A DNA stretch of 64,000 bases from an uncultured Pelagibacteraceae bacterium (GTDB lineage Bacteria > Pseudomonadota > Alphaproteobacteria > Pelagibacterales > Pelagibacteraceae): assembly GCA_902572515.1 (NCBI GenBank), contig CACGGJ010000004.1, positions 2,933 to 66,932 of the forward strand, given 5' to 3'. Below the pieces are notes generated by a model, which worked only from the letters and a program-made list of their open reading frames with translations, did not search any database and had not been told where the DNA came from. A program made the translations under genes and the position numbers. Below are positions 10,519-21,291 of this stretch, piece after piece. Each line of letters opens with the position of its first letter. Within the stretch, counting starts at the first letter, position 1.

Positions 10519-11361
10519 TTATAAAGCAACTACCTTCGAGTTTTGCTCTCCTAAATTTTCAATTGACAATTTCATAGTATCGCCTGCTTTTAAAAACTGT
10601 TGAGGTTTCATTCCCATACCAACTCCTGGGGGTGTTCCAGTTGTAATTATATCACCTGCTTGAAGAGACATATATTTACTCAAATAAGATACAATAACAT
10701 CAACGTTAAATATCATTGTATTTGTATTACCTGTTTGCATTCTTATTCCATTAACATCTAAACTCATCTTTAAATTGTTAACGTCTGCAATTTCATCTTT
10801 AGTAACAAAGTAAGGGCCAATTGGTCCATAAGTATCATGAGATTTTCCTTTTACCCATTGACCCATTTTTTCAATTTGCCATTCTCTTTCACTTACATCA
10901 TTAACCAAACAATAACCTAATATATGATCTTGAGCTTGGCTCTCAGAGATATGTTTTGTTTCTTTTCCTATAATAATTCCAAGTTCAACTTCCCAGTCTA
11001 ATTTTTTAGATCCAGAAACTATTTCAACGTCATCATTAGGTCCAACTATACAACTAGTAGCTTTCATAAAAACTATTGGTTCAGAAGGAACATCAGCTCC
11101 AGTTTCAGCAGCATGATCAGAATAATTTAATCCAATCGCTACAAATTTACCTGGCTTGGTGATACAAGACCCTATTCGATCATTTGCAGATAATTCTGGT
11201 AAAGATGATAAATCAGTACTTTGTAATTTAGAAATAGTCTCAAAATTTAAATGATCTGGATTTAAATCTTTAACGTGAGTACTGATATCTCTAATTTTAC
11301 CATCATTATCTAATACAGCTGGTTTTTCGCTTCCTTTTTTTCCTACTCTTAATAATTTCAT
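10519..11361 (-). CDS. Fumarylacetoacetate hydrolase family protein
   Basis: IGLNYSDH, DWEVELG, NDVSERE, GQWVKGKS, TGTPPGVG. Confidence 0.88.
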   Translation of the reverse strand: MKLLRVGKKGSEKPAVLDNDGKIRDISTHVKDLNPDHLNFETISKLQSTDLSSLPELSANDRIGSCITKPGKFVAIGLNYSDHAAETGADVPSEPIVFMKATSCIVGPNDDVEIVSGSKKLDWEVELGIIIGKETKHISESQAQDHILGYCLVNDVSEREWQIEKMGQWVKGKSHDTYGPIGPYFVTKDEIADVNNLKMSLDVNGIRMQTGNTNTMIFNVDVIVSYLSKYMSLQAGDIITTGTPPGVGMGMKPQQFLKAGDTMKLSIENLGEQNSKVVAL

Positions 11362-11382
11362 ATTTATCCTTTTGTTGTTAAA

Positions 11383-12126
11383 TTATATTGAAATTCCACC
11401 ATCAACATGAATTGTGCTTCCTGTTGTAAACGTTGCATCATCGCTAGCTAAATAAACAGCCACAGCTGCTATTTCTTCTGCCGTACCTAATCTTCCCATA
11501 GGTTGTCTTGCTATAAAATCTTTTTTTGCTTGAACAGGATCTGGACTTTGATTGACCCGATCTTGCCAAGAAGGCGAATAAACTGTACCTGGCGCAATTG
11601 AATTGCATCTAATATTTTTTTTAACAAAATCTGCAGCAATCGCTTTTGTTAAACCAATAACAGCGCCCTTTGTTGTTCCATAAACAAATCTATTTGGGAA
11701 ACCCTTAAAACTAGATGCACATGAAGATATATTAATAATACTTCCACCATTTTGTTTGATCATTAAAGGTAAAATAGCTTTACACATAAAGTACATTGAC
11801 TTGACGTTTACATTAGAAGAAAAATCCCAATCTTTTTCATCACATTCCAATATTGTTCCATGATGAACAAATCCAACAGCATTAAATAAAACATCAACTC
11901 TATCTAAAGTTTTAGTAAATTCTAAAATTGCATTATTGTCTGTTGAGTCTAACTTTTGCACTTTAATCTCAGGATATTCTTTATTTAAATCAGCTAAAGT
12001 TTTATCATTTAAATCAGTAGCAGTTACATGAGCGCCCTCTTTATGAAATGCAATTGCTGTTGCTTTTCCAATCCCTTGGCCTGCTGCTGTTACGAGAATT
12101 TTTTTACCTTCTAATCTTCCACTCAT
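11383..12126 (-). CDS. SDR oxidoreductase (2-keto-3-deoxy-L-fuconate dehydrogenase/BDH2-like)
   Basis: TAAGQGIG, GFVHHGTIL, NRFVYGTTK, FIARQPMGRLG. Confidence 0.8.
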   Translation of the reverse strand: MSGRLEGKKILVTAAGQGIGKATAIAFHKEGAHVTATDLNDKTLADLNKEYPEIKVQKLDSTDNNAILEFTKTLDRVDVLFNAVGFVHHGTILECDEKDWDFSSNVNVKSMYFMCKAILPLMIKQNGGSIINISSCASSFKGFPNRFVYGTTKGAVIGLTKAIAADFVKKNIRCNSIAPGTVYSPSWQDRVNQSPDPVQAKKDFIARQPMGRLGTAEEIAAVAVYLASDDATFTTGSTIHVDGGISI

Positions 12127-12992
12127 TTTTTATTTATCCTTTCGATTTCATTATAAAGTGAACTATGATCAGTGTTTCCATGACCATTATCGACAAGGGT
12201 TTTATACATTTCTTTCACTAAATTTGAAATAGGTAAATGAGTATTATATGAATTTGCACACTCCAAAATGTTATCCATGTCTTTTAAATGAGTAGATGTT
12301 TTGCCTTTTGGGGTAAAATCTTTATCTATCATTCTTTTTCCATGAGTTTGTAAAATTTTACTGTCTGCCCAACCTCCAGAAAGAGCTTTAATTAATTTTA
12401 CTGGGTCAGCTCCAGCTTTTTCACATAAAGTTATTGCCTCCGCAACCGCTCCTATTGTAACTCCTACTACAATTTGATTTGCTAACTTTGAAACTTGTCC
12501 ACTGCCAATTGGTCCAACCAAAGTTGGATTTCCCATAGCTTTTAAAATATTTATAGAGTTATCAAAAACACTTTGCTGTCCTCCAACCATTATAGCTAGT
12601 GAAGCTTCCTCAGCTCCAATTGTTCCTCCTGAAACCGGTGCATCTAAATAATTTACATTTTTTGATTTTAGAATATTTCCATATTTTGTTGCTGTCGTTG
12701 GTTTAACGGAACTCATATCAATAACAGTTGATCCAGATTTTAAATTGTCTAATAAATCTGAATTATTCATTATTGCATCAACAGCACTATCATCTGTTAA
12801 CATTGTAATAATAAAATCATTATCTTTAACAACTTCACCTAATGTTTTTGATATTTCAGCGCCAAACTCTTTCAAAGGTTCTGCTTTATTAATTGAACGA
12901 TTGAATACTTTTAGTTTAAAATCTGATTTTAATAAATTTTTAGCCATTGGCAGGCCCATAAGACCTGTTCCAATAAAGCCTATTTTCATCAT
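12123..12992 (-). CDS. Beta-hydroxyacid dehydrogenase (tartronate semialdehyde reductase GarR/GlxR-like)
   Basis: GFIGTGLMG, DAPVSGGTIGA, GSGQVSKLANQ. Confidence 0.8.
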   Translation of the reverse strand: MMKIGFIGTGLMGLPMAKNLLKSDFKLKVFNRSINKAEPLKEFGAEISKTLGEVVKDNDFIITMLTDDSAVDAIMNNSDLLDNLKSGSTVIDMSSVKPTTATKYGNILKSKNVNYLDAPVSGGTIGAEEASLAIMVGGQQSVFDNSINILKAMGNPTLVGPIGSGQVSKLANQIVVGVTIGAVAEAITLCEKAGADPVKLIKALSGGWADSKILQTHGKRMIDKDFTPKGKTSTHLKDMDNILECANSYNTHLPISNLVKEMYKTLVDNGHGNTDHSSLYNEIERINKK

Positions 12993-14305
12993 GGTTTCGG
13001 TTTAAACTCGTGGAAGTTTTGTGTCATTGCTTCAGGGAAAAACATAACACATGCTAACACAATTAACTGAATTACTATAAATGGTGCAAAACCTCTAAAT
13101 ATATCTGTTAATGAAATATGTGGAGGAGCAACAGATTTTAAATAAAAGGCGGCGGGTCCAAATGGTGGACTTAAAAATGAAACTTGCATATTTACGCAAA
13201 ATAATATTCCAAACCAAATAGGATCAAAACCAAGAGCTATAACTATTGGTAAAAATACTGGCATTGCTAACAATACAATTCCAACCCAATCCATAAATGC
13301 TCCCATTATTAAGAACATTATCTGCATCATAAAAATTAAATACATTGGTTTTAAATCATAAGCCAAAATGGTTTCTGCTACATATTTTGGACCACCAGCA
13401 AGAGAATAAGCGCCAGCTAAAACTGTTGCACCAAAAGTGATTGTTAAAATAGTTCCTGAAGCTTTAAATGTTCTGGTTAATGCATCTTTAAACAAGAACC
13501 ATGTTAATTCTTTTCTAGCAAAAATTATAATTAATGTAGCAACAACACCCATACCAGCAGCTTCTGTAATACCTGTTATTCCTGAATAAATTGAACCTAA
13601 AACAATTATCACTATTCCAATTGGTGGCAAAAGACCTGGTAGATAAGAAATTTTTTCTTTTAAAGTTAATGGCGGCTCATCACTTAATGGTGCAAGATGT
13701 GGCTGCAATCTTGTTCTAATTAAAATGTAAGTGATTATCAAACCTGAAATCATTAAACCAGGAACAATAGCTTCTTGGAATAACATCGTAATAGAAGTCT
13801 CTGTTGTTAATCCATAAATAATTAAAACAATTGAAGGTGGTATCATTGTTCCCAAAGATCCTGATGCACAAATAATCCCGATTGACATATCCTGATCGTA
13901 TTTTAATCTCAACATTTGAGGCAGTGCAATCAAACCTAATAAAACTATTTCTCCACCAATAATTCCACTCATAGCAGCCATAATTGTTGCCATGATGGCA
14001 GTAACGACTCCTACTCCACCTCTAGTCTTTCTTAACCACGCATTTAAAGCGTCATAAAGATCTCTTGCGATGTTCGAACGTTCGAGCAAGGAGGCCATAA
14101 ATATAAATAATGGCACCGACAAAAAAGAATAAGTAACAACTAGAGAATAATATCTTGAAAGTAAGATCCCCAAAGCGTGTTCACCTATATATAAAAATAC
14201 AAGTACTGCCCCCATAAAACCTGAGGCAAAACCCATTGGAACACCAATAGATATAAGCAATAATAATCCAACTATAAGTATTATCGAAAGTGATCCTATT
14301 TCCAT
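12989..14305 (-). CDS. dctM: TRAP transporter large permease
   Basis: Multi-TM; SGSLGTMIPPS, SFLSPPFG. Confidence 0.9.
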   Translation of the reverse strand: MEIGSLSIILIVGLLLLISIGVPMGFASGFMGAVLVFLYIGEHALGILLSRYYSLVVTYSFLSVPLFIFMASLLERSNIARDLYDALNAWLRKTRGGVGVVTAIMATIMAAMSGIIGGEIVLLGLIALPQMLRLKYDQDMSIGIICASGSLGTMIPPSIVLIIYGLTTETSITMLFQEAIVPGLMISGLIITYILIRTRLQPHLAPLSDEPPLTLKEKISYLPGLLPPIGIVIIVLGSIYSGITGITEAAGMGVVATLIIIFARKELTWFLFKDALTRTFKASGTILTITFGATVLAGAYSLAGGPKYVAETILAYDLKPMYLIFMMQIMFLIMGAFMDWVGIVLLAMPVFLPIVIALGFDPIWFGILFCVNMQVSFLSPPFGPAAFYLKSVAPPHISLTDIFRGFAPFIVIQLIVLACVMFFPEAMTQNFHEFKPKP

Positions 14306-14306
14306 T

Positions 14307-14876
14307 TTATTTTAATTCTTTAGAAGGGTCGTATTGTTTTTCTTTAGGATTTTTCCAATCAATTATTAAGTTATTTACTGATTGAACGGCAATAAGAAAT
14401 ACACATATTAGCGTAAGCGGCTTCATAGTAGCAGGAATTGGTGGATCCCAATAAGTAGCAAATCTCTCCCAATTTATAAACGATCTGTATGCATCTTCCA
14501 CACCACCATAAATTACAGCTGCAGCAAAAAGAACAATAATAATTGTGCTTATTAGATCAAAAATTCTCTGTGTTGGTCTGCTAACCCAATCATATAACAA
14601 TACTATTCTAATATGGCTTCTTAACCTTGTTGCATATATTCCACCAACCAAATAACAAACACCAGCTAGCCACAAGCATAGTTCATTAGCCCACAAAGTT
14701 GGTTTAAATACAACGTACCTCATAAAAATTTCGTACATCATTACAAGTACAATTACAGGAATTAAATATTTTATTGTGTGGCTTAAAAATAAGGAAATTC
14801 TATCAATCCAATTTATTGGAAAATCATCTTTACTTGCAACTTTTTCATTTTGTTCTTGTAATTCTTTGTCAAGCAT
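14307..14876 (-). CDS. dctQ: TRAP transporter small permease
   Basis: 4 TM; EIFMRY..PTLWANE, HIRIVL; lies between dctP and dctM. Confidence 0.88.
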   Translation of the reverse strand: MLDKELQEQNEKVASKDDFPINWIDRISLFLSHTIKYLIPVIVLVMMYEIFMRYVVFKPTLWANELCLWLAGVCYLVGGIYATRLRSHIRIVLLYDWVSRPTQRIFDLISTIIIVLFAAAVIYGGVEDAYRSFINWERFATYWDPPIPATMKPLTLICVFLIAVQSVNNLIIDWKNPKEKQYDPSKELK

Positions 14877-14904
14877 AAGCTAAAAAATTCTTTTTATTTT
14901 ATAA

Positions 14905-14926
14905 GAAGGGCCTTTTCAGGCCCTTC
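14905..14926 (-). terminator. Stem-loop between dctP and dctQ (terminator or mRNA stabiliser)
   Basis: 9-bp stem GAAGGGCCT/AGGCCCTTC with GAAA tetraloop on the minus strand. Confidence 0.75.
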
Positions 14927-14950
14927 AAGATTTTATTATATGCTTTTAAT

Positions 14951-15967
14951 TTATAGGATACCGTTAGCTTTCATGTAAGCTGTATGTATGTCTATAAGAG
15001 CAGCAGCTTCAGGAGATTTCTTTTTCCATTCCTGCCAAGCATTAAGTGCAGCATTTCTGAACTTAAGTCTATCTTCTCTAGACCAGTCATGAAGTGTAAC
15101 ACCCATTTCTTTTAAAGCTTTAACTGCTTCTGCGTTTTTTCTCTCAACCAAGCTAGTGATTGTTCTACCAGCAATCTCAATACCTGCTTTCATCGCTCCT
15201 CTTTCATGAGGTTTTAGCTTTTTCCATACTTTTGTATTACAAGCTAAATGGTCAGCTGGCATAGAGTGGAAACCTGGGTATGTAGCATATTTGTTTTGCT
15301 CATAGTGTCCACCTGCATAGTTAGTAGCTAAAGATGAATAGTCAGCACCGTCGATTAGACCAGTTTGTAAAGCAGTCGGAACTTCACCAAAATCCATTAC
15401 GATTGGCTTAGCACCTAATGCAGTAAAGATCATACTTTCCATTCCTGGAGGTGATCTAAATTTAAAGTCTTTGATAGATGCAACATCTGGAATTGGTTTG
15501 CTAGAAATTAGAGACTCATGTCCTGGTATCCACCAACCAATTAAAGTCATTCCATATTTGTTGTAAAGTGCATCAACAGCTTCTTGAGCTCCTGGGAAAT
15601 TCAAGAATTCATATTGTTGATAAGGGTTATCGTATCCACCCATTACATCACCTGCGAATTGGAACGCTGCATTTTTACCAGTTTGGTAACCAGCACCAGT
15701 CATATCACAATCGATAATTCCAGTTTGTGCAGAGTTAAACACCTCAGCAGATTTTCCTGTTACTGATGATGAGTAGAACATTTCTATTTTTAAGCTTCCG
15801 CCAGAAAACATTTCTACGTTTTTAGCGAATTGAGCAGCAACTTCACCATTTGGTGAACTAGCTGTAAAGTGTGTTTCAATCTTTAAAGTCTTTGCATTTG
15901 CAGAGCCAAATAAAGCAACTGAAACAATAGCTACAGCTGCTATAGTTTTAGATATAAGTTTAAACAT
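14951..15967 (-). CDS. dctP: TRAP transporter substrate-binding protein
   Basis: Signal peptide (..GSANA-K), KFRSPPG, ALQTGLIDG; start moved to ATG at 15967 behind a GAGAGG SD. Confidence 0.88.
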   Translation of the reverse strand: MFKLISKTIAAVAIVSVALFGSANAKTLKIETHFTASSPNGEVAAQFAKNVEMFSGGSLKIEMFYSSSVTGKSAEVFNSAQTGIIDCDMTGAGYQTGKNAAFQFAGDVMGGYDNPYQQYEFLNFPGAQEAVDALYNKYGMTLIGWWIPGHESLISSKPIPDVASIKDFKFRSPPGMESMIFTALGAKPIVMDFGEVPTALQTGLIDGADYSSLATNYAGGHYEQNKYATYPGFHSMPADHLACNTKVWKKLKPHERGAMKAGIEIAGRTITSLVERKNAEAVKALKEMGVTLHDWSREDRLKFRNAALNAWQEWKKKSPEAAALIDIHTAYMKANGIL

Positions 15968-16091
15968 TATCTTCCTCTCGTTTATGTTTTTTCGAAAGTT
16001 AATCATAAAAGATTTTTGAGATCAATAATTTCGTTTAACTTTTATATATAGAAATTATATATATTTATTGAACAGACAACTTATAGTTGTT

Positions 16092-17060
16092 CTAAACTAC
16101 TTCTGAAATAAGAGGTTTTTTATTGAAAAAACAATAAATATTATCAACAGCCATCATGCTCATAGCTAATCTTGTTTCATGTGTCGCGCTTCCGATGTGA
16201 GGTAAAACAAAACAATTATCTAATTTTAAATATCTTTTATCTAAATTTGGTTCATTGTTGAAAACATCTAAACCTGCTGCATAAATTTTTTTGTTTTCTA
16301 ATGCATCTATTAAAGCATTATCATCAATAGTTGATCCTCTTGAAGTATTTATCACTACAGCATGTTTCGGTAACAAGCTAATTGTAGAAGAATTAAGAAT
16401 ATGTTTAGTCTCAGCAGTTGCAGGAGTGTGTATACTAACAAAGTCACACTCAGGTAACATAGTTTTAATGTCAGAAAAATACTTTGCTCCATCCTCTAAA
16501 TCATCAGGCAGTTTTTTTCTGTTGTAATAAATTATCTTCATTCCAAAAGCTTTAGCACTTTTTGCAGCTATTCTTCCAATACGACCCATGCCAATGATAC
16601 CTAGAGTTTTGCCTGTAACAGAATTTCCAATCATAAATTTAGTTAAATCTGGTTTTTGGTTTTTCCAATCATCAGCTCTAACTAAATTATAGGCTTCACC
16701 AATTCTTCTAGATGTAGCTAAAATCAAAAGTATAGTGGTTTCAGCTACTGCCTCATTTAACACATTGGGAGTATTTGTTACTTTAATTTTTTTTTTTTCA
16801 GCAGATTTAATTGAAATATTATCATAACCAACTCCAACTTGAGCTATAATTTTTAATTTCCCATTTAAATTATTAAAAAAATTTTCACTAATTTTATCAA
16901 AACCTGTTGAAATCATTCCATCATAATCATTAACCAATTTTACTAATTCACTTTCTGGAATAGGTTCGTCTTTTGAATTAAGAGTTACTTCAAATTCTTT
17001 TTGAAGTTTTTCCTCTGCTAAATCTGAGATTTTTCTAGAAACTAATATTTTTGGCTTCAT
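16092..17060 (-). CDS. D-2-hydroxyacid dehydrogenase (glyoxylate/hydroxypyruvate or 2-ketogluconate reductase-like)
   Basis: GVGYDNI, NTPNVL, GIIGMGRIG, INTSRG, GLDVFNNEP, PHIGSAT. Confidence 0.85.
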   Translation of the reverse strand: MKPKILVSRKISDLAEEKLQKEFEVTLNSKDEPIPESELVKLVNDYDGMISTGFDKISENFFNNLNGKLKIIAQVGVGYDNISIKSAEKKKIKVTNTPNVLNEAVAETTILLILATSRRIGEAYNLVRADDWKNQKPDLTKFMIGNSVTGKTLGIIGMGRIGRIAAKSAKAFGMKIIYYNRKKLPDDLEDGAKYFSDIKTMLPECDFVSIHTPATAETKHILNSSTISLLPKHAVVINTSRGSTIDDNALIDALENKKIYAAGLDVFNNEPNLDKRYLKLDNCFVLPHIGSATHETRLAMSMMAVDNIYCFFNKKPLISEVV

Positions 17061-17061
17061 A

Positions 17062-18846
17062 TTAGTGAGAATCTCTTGGTAAACCTTTAGTATGTGATAC
17101 GTCTAAATATTTACCTCGAGAGTTAATACATGCGCCATCATCCAATTGACCAACAGTATTTCTAAATATTTCCTGCCAAGGAGTTTGATTATTTGGTTTA
17201 AATACTTTTTTATTTTTTCTTCTTTTTTTAAACTCAGCCTGAGAAATTAACAAATCAACTCTTCTTTTATTTAAGTCTATTTTTATTTTGTCATAAGTTT
17301 TAACAATTCCTAGATCTCCACCTACTGCAGACTCTGGTGAAACATGTAATATTGATGGACTTTCTGATGTTCCACTTTGTCTTCCATCACCCAAAGTTGG
17401 TAGATGTCTTATTCCTTTTTTTAATAATCTGTCTGGTGGTTGCATGTTTACTACTTCGGCTGATCCAGGATAACCAACAGGTCCACATCCTCTAATAATT
17501 AATAGAGAGTTTTCATCTATTTTTAATTTCTTATCATTAAGTCTTTTATGATAATCCTCAGGACCTTCAAAAACTATAGCTTTACATTCAAAAACATTTG
17601 GGTGTTTAGGGTTTGATAAATATTGATCTCTAAATTCTTTACTGATCACAGATGTTTTCATGATAGCAGAAGAGAAAAAGTTACTTTTCATAACTAAAAA
17701 TCCAGCTTTTTCAGTTAATGCATTCTTAAATGATTTAATTACTTTGTTATCTACATCAACTTTCTTTCTTAAATTTTCCCCTACAGTCTTTCCTGTAACA
17801 GTCTTAATTTTTGTGTGAATTTTTTTATTTTTAATCAATTCTTTCATAACAGCAGGTATTGCTCCGGCTCTGTGAAAACTTTCCATTAAATATTCACCTG
17901 CAGGTTGGCAATTTACCAATAAAGGAATGTTGTGCCCAAGTTTTTGCCAATCAGAAAGATCAAATTTAATTCCCATATGTTTTGCAATAGCGCTTAGATG
18001 AGCTGTGCAGTTACTAGATCCACCAATAGCACTTGCAACAACGACTGCATTTTCAAAAGCTTTACGTGTCATAATTTTTGATGGGGTTAAATTTTCATGA
18101 ACCATTCCAACAATTCTATTTCCTGTCTCATAAGAAATTTGTTCTCTTTCTCTATAAGGAGCTGGGATAACAGCACCCCCTGGTAAAGACATACCTAACG
18201 CTTCAGCAACAGAGTTCATTGAAGAAGCTGTTCCCATCGTATTACAATGTCCAGCACTTGGTGCAGAAGATGCAACCATATCCATAAATTCCTCGTATTT
18301 AATTTCTCCTTTGGCTAACATTTTTCTTGCTTCCCAAACTACCATTCCTGACCCAGCTAATTTTCCTTTATAAACTCCATCTAACATTGGACCGCCTGAT
18401 AAAACTATTGCAGGAATATTTACCGTTGCAGCTGCCATCAAAGCTGCTGGAGTAGTTTTATCACATCCTGTTGTTAGTATAACTCCATCAATTGGGTATC
18501 CATATAAAACCTCAACTAGTGACAAATAAGAAAGATTTCTATCCAACATTGCTGTTGGTCTTTTTCCAGTTTCTTGAATTGGATGAGTAGGAAATTCCAT
18601 TGGTATACCGCCTGCTCTTCTAATTCCATCTTTGATTCTTTTGCTCAAAGACATGAAATGCCTATTGCATGGAGAAAGATCACTGCCAGATTGAGCTATT
18701 CCTATAATTGGATTTCCAGATTGTAATTCTTTTCTTGTAAGACCATAATTTAAATACCTTTCTAGATATAAAGCAGTCATGTCAGGGTTTTTTGGATTAT
18801 TAAACCACTGTTGACTTCGAAAACTTTTTTTTCTTTTTTTAGGCAT
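17062..18846 (-). CDS. IlvD/Edd family sugar-acid dehydratase (pentonate/hexonate type)
   Basis: SPCNRH, TGCDKT, GHCNTMGTASSM, GPVGYPG, DGRQSGTS. Confidence 0.88.
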   Translation of the reverse strand: MPKKRKKSFRSQQWFNNPKNPDMTALYLERYLNYGLTRKELQSGNPIIGIAQSGSDLSPCNRHFMSLSKRIKDGIRRAGGIPMEFPTHPIQETGKRPTAMLDRNLSYLSLVEVLYGYPIDGVILTTGCDKTTPAALMAAATVNIPAIVLSGGPMLDGVYKGKLAGSGMVVWEARKMLAKGEIKYEEFMDMVASSAPSAGHCNTMGTASSMNSVAEALGMSLPGGAVIPAPYREREQISYETGNRIVGMVHENLTPSKIMTRKAFENAVVVASAIGGSSNCTAHLSAIAKHMGIKFDLSDWQKLGHNIPLLVNCQPAGEYLMESFHRAGAIPAVMKELIKNKKIHTKIKTVTGKTVGENLRKKVDVDNKVIKSFKNALTEKAGFLVMKSNFFSSAIMKTSVISKEFRDQYLSNPKHPNVFECKAIVFEGPEDYHKRLNDKKLKIDENSLLIIRGCGPVGYPGSAEVVNMQPPDRLLKKGIRHLPTLGDGRQSGTSESPSILHVSPESAVGGDLGIVKTYDKIKIDLNKRRVDLLISQAEFKKRRKNKKVFKPNNQTPWQEIFRNTVGQLDDGACINSRGKYLDVSHTKGLPRDSH

Positions 18847-18892
18847 AATTAATATAATGGTTTGTTTAAGTTAATGGTTATATAATAAATTT

Positions 18893-20398
18893 ATGAATAA
18901 TCTAATAGTTTTAAACAAGAATGACAATGTGGGCGTTAGCCAATTTATTATTCCAGAAAAAACTAAAATTGAGGGTCATGAGATTAGTACTATCGATCCA
19001 ATCCCTTTTGGACATAAAGTTTGTTTAAAAACTATTAAAAAAGGTGATCCAATCATCAAATATGATCAAATTATTGGATTTGCTTTAGATGATATTAAAC
19101 CAGGACAACATGTTCACTCTCATAATTTAGAATTCAGAGAATTTAAAAGAGATTTTAAAGTCACAGATAAAAAACATATTATTGATGAAAAAGCAGACAC
19201 CTTCTTTAATGGAATTTTAAGAGATAATGGGCAGGTTGCTACTAGAAATTACATTGGAATTGTAAGTACTGTAAATTGCTCAGCAACTGTTACTAAAATG
19301 ATAGTTGAGAAGATTAAATATTCTGACATTTTAAAAGATTACCCGAACATTGATGGTATTGTACCAATTACTCACTCAACAGGATGTGGAATGAATACTG
19401 AGAGTGAAGGAATGCAAATTTTCCAAAGAACTATAGACGGATTTAAAAATCATCCTAATTTTTCTCATGTTTTTGTCATAGGTTTAGGATGCGAATGTGC
19501 GCAAGTTAGTTTATTTGATGAATCTTTAAAGAAACACAACAGAATTCATTTTCTAACAATTCAAGATGAGGGTGGCACAAAAAAAATAGTAGAGAAGGTA
19601 TTGTCTCAAATTAAAAATTTACTTTCAGAAGCTAATAATGTTCAAAGAACTTCACAACCAGTAAGTCATCTAACTTTAGCTCTTCAATGTGGTGGTTCAG
19701 ATGGATATTCAGGAATAACTGCAAATCCTGCATTAGGAGTTGCGGCAGATCTTTTGGTTAAAAAAGGTGGAAGTTCAATTTTATCTGAAACTCCAGAAAT
19801 TTATGGAGCTGAACATTTATTAATTAATAGAGCAAGCTCTCAAGAAACTGCTGATAAACTTATTAAAAGAATTGAATGGTGGAAACATTATACTTCTATA
19901 AATAATAGTTCCATGGATAACAACCCTGCGCCAGGAAACAAAAAAGGTGGTCTGACAACTATATTAGAGAAATCTTTAGGTGCTGTTGCGAAAGGAGGAA
20001 ACTCTATCCTTCAAGACGTATTGCATTATGCTGAACCTTTAAAAAATAAAGGTTTTAATTTTATGGATTCTCCTGGTTATGATCCTGTATCTGTAACTGG
20101 TCAAGTTGCATCAGGTGCTAATGTTATTTGTTTTACAACAGGACGTGGATCTTGCTTTGGTTGTAAACCAGTTCCAAGTTTAAAACTTTCAACAAACTCA
20201 GCGATGTTTGAAAGAATGTCAGAAGATATGGATATTAATTGTGGAACAATTGCTGAAGGAAAAGAAAAAGTTGAAGAAGTTGGTCAAAAGATATTTGAAT
20301 TAATTGTAAATACTGCTTCAGGAAATAAATCGAAAAGTGAAATCAACGGCTACGGTGACGAGGAGTTTAATCCTTGGCAAGTTGGCGTTGTAATGTAA
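18893..20398 (+). CDS. UxaA/GarD family (altronate/galactarate) dehydratase with SAF domain
   Basis: IPFGHK, HVHSHN, TVNCSATV, HSTGCG, QCGGSDGYSG, FTTGRGS. Confidence 0.88.
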   Translation: MNNLIVLNKNDNVGVSQFIIPEKTKIEGHEISTIDPIPFGHKVCLKTIKKGDPIIKYDQIIGFALDDIKPGQHVHSHNLEFREFKRDFKVTDKKHIIDEKADTFFNGILRDNGQVATRNYIGIVSTVNCSATVTKMIVEKIKYSDILKDYPNIDGIVPITHSTGCGMNTESEGMQIFQRTIDGFKNHPNFSHVFVIGLGCECAQVSLFDESLKKHNRIHFLTIQDEGGTKKIVEKVLSQIKNLLSEANNVQRTSQPVSHLTLALQCGGSDGYSGITANPALGVAADLLVKKGGSSILSETPEIYGAEHLLINRASSQETADKLIKRIEWWKHYTSINNSSMDNNPAPGNKKGGLTTILEKSLGAVAKGGNSILQDVLHYAEPLKNKGFNFMDSPGYDPVSVTGQVASGANVICFTTGRGSCFGCKPVPSLKLSTNSAMFERMSEDMDINCGTIAEGKEKVEEVGQKIFELIVNTASGNKSKSEINGYGDEEFNPWQVGVVM

Positions 20399-20410
20399 TT
20401 AATTTTCCCT

Positions 20411-21277
20411 GTGCCTCAACAAACATCTTTAATTAATGTAATTTTATTAGCCGCTGGTGGTTTTTTTATGTTTGTTTGTATGGACTCTACAGCAAAATAT
20501 CTTGGAACAGTAATGCCTGTTACTCAAGCAATTTGGGGGAGATTTTTTTTTCACTTAATATCTTTAATTATATTTTTTTTAATTTTTAAGCCAAAAGTAA
20601 ATTTAAAAAAAAATTTTAAGGTCCAAATAATTAGATCGATATTAATGGTCACTGCCACCACGTTTATGTTTTATTCTTTACAGAAATTTGACTTGGTAGA
20701 TATTTATGTTGTTTTCTTTACAGCTCCTTTAATCGTCTCGTTACTTTCTGCATATTTTCTAAAAGATATCTTAAGTACTAAGGGTATACTTTTAATGTTG
20801 TTGAGCTTTGGATCGATTGTTTATTCACTAGGTCCAAGTATGAGAATATTTAGTTTAGATTTAATATTCCCTATTGTTCCTCCAATTTGCTGGGCTCTTT
20901 ATCAATTTTTTACCAAAGTTGTATCAGGTGACAACGATCCATTTGCTGCTATATTTTATACTTCAATTTTAGGCGCAATAATTTTTAGTATTTTTATATT
21001 TTTCAACTGGGTACCATTAGAAAAGAATATCTTTTGGTTTTATTTAGTAATTCTTGGTGTGGCAGGTTTTGTAAGTCATTCTTTGATTATATACGCAATA
21101 CAACTTTCTAATTTGTCATTTGTAACTAATTTTCAATACTCACAATTAGTTTGGTCTACAATTATTAATTTCCTAATTTTTGGTGTACCGTTTGATTATA
21201 ATAAAATTGTTGGTGTAATAGGAATTATTGTTTTTGGTATAATGTTCATAAGAACAGAAGGTAAAAAGAAAAGTTAA
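20411..21277 (+). CDS. DMT/EamA family transporter
   Basis: About 10 TM helices; MDSTAKYL, FFTAPL, FQYSQLVW. Confidence 0.8.
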   Translation: MPQQTSLINVILLAAGGFFMFVCMDSTAKYLGTVMPVTQAIWGRFFFHLISLIIFFLIFKPKVNLKKNFKVQIIRSILMVTATTFMFYSLQKFDLVDIYVVFFTAPLIVSLLSAYFLKDILSTKGILLMLLSFGSIVYSLGPSMRIFSLDLIFPIVPPICWALYQFFTKVVSGDNDPFAAIFYTSILGAIIFSIFIFFNWVPLEKNIFWFYLVILGVAGFVSHSLIIYAIQLSNLSFVTNFQYSQLVWSTIINFLIFGVPFDYNKIVGVIGIIVFGIMFIRTEGKKKS

Positions 21278-21291
21278 ATAGCGAGGTTCAA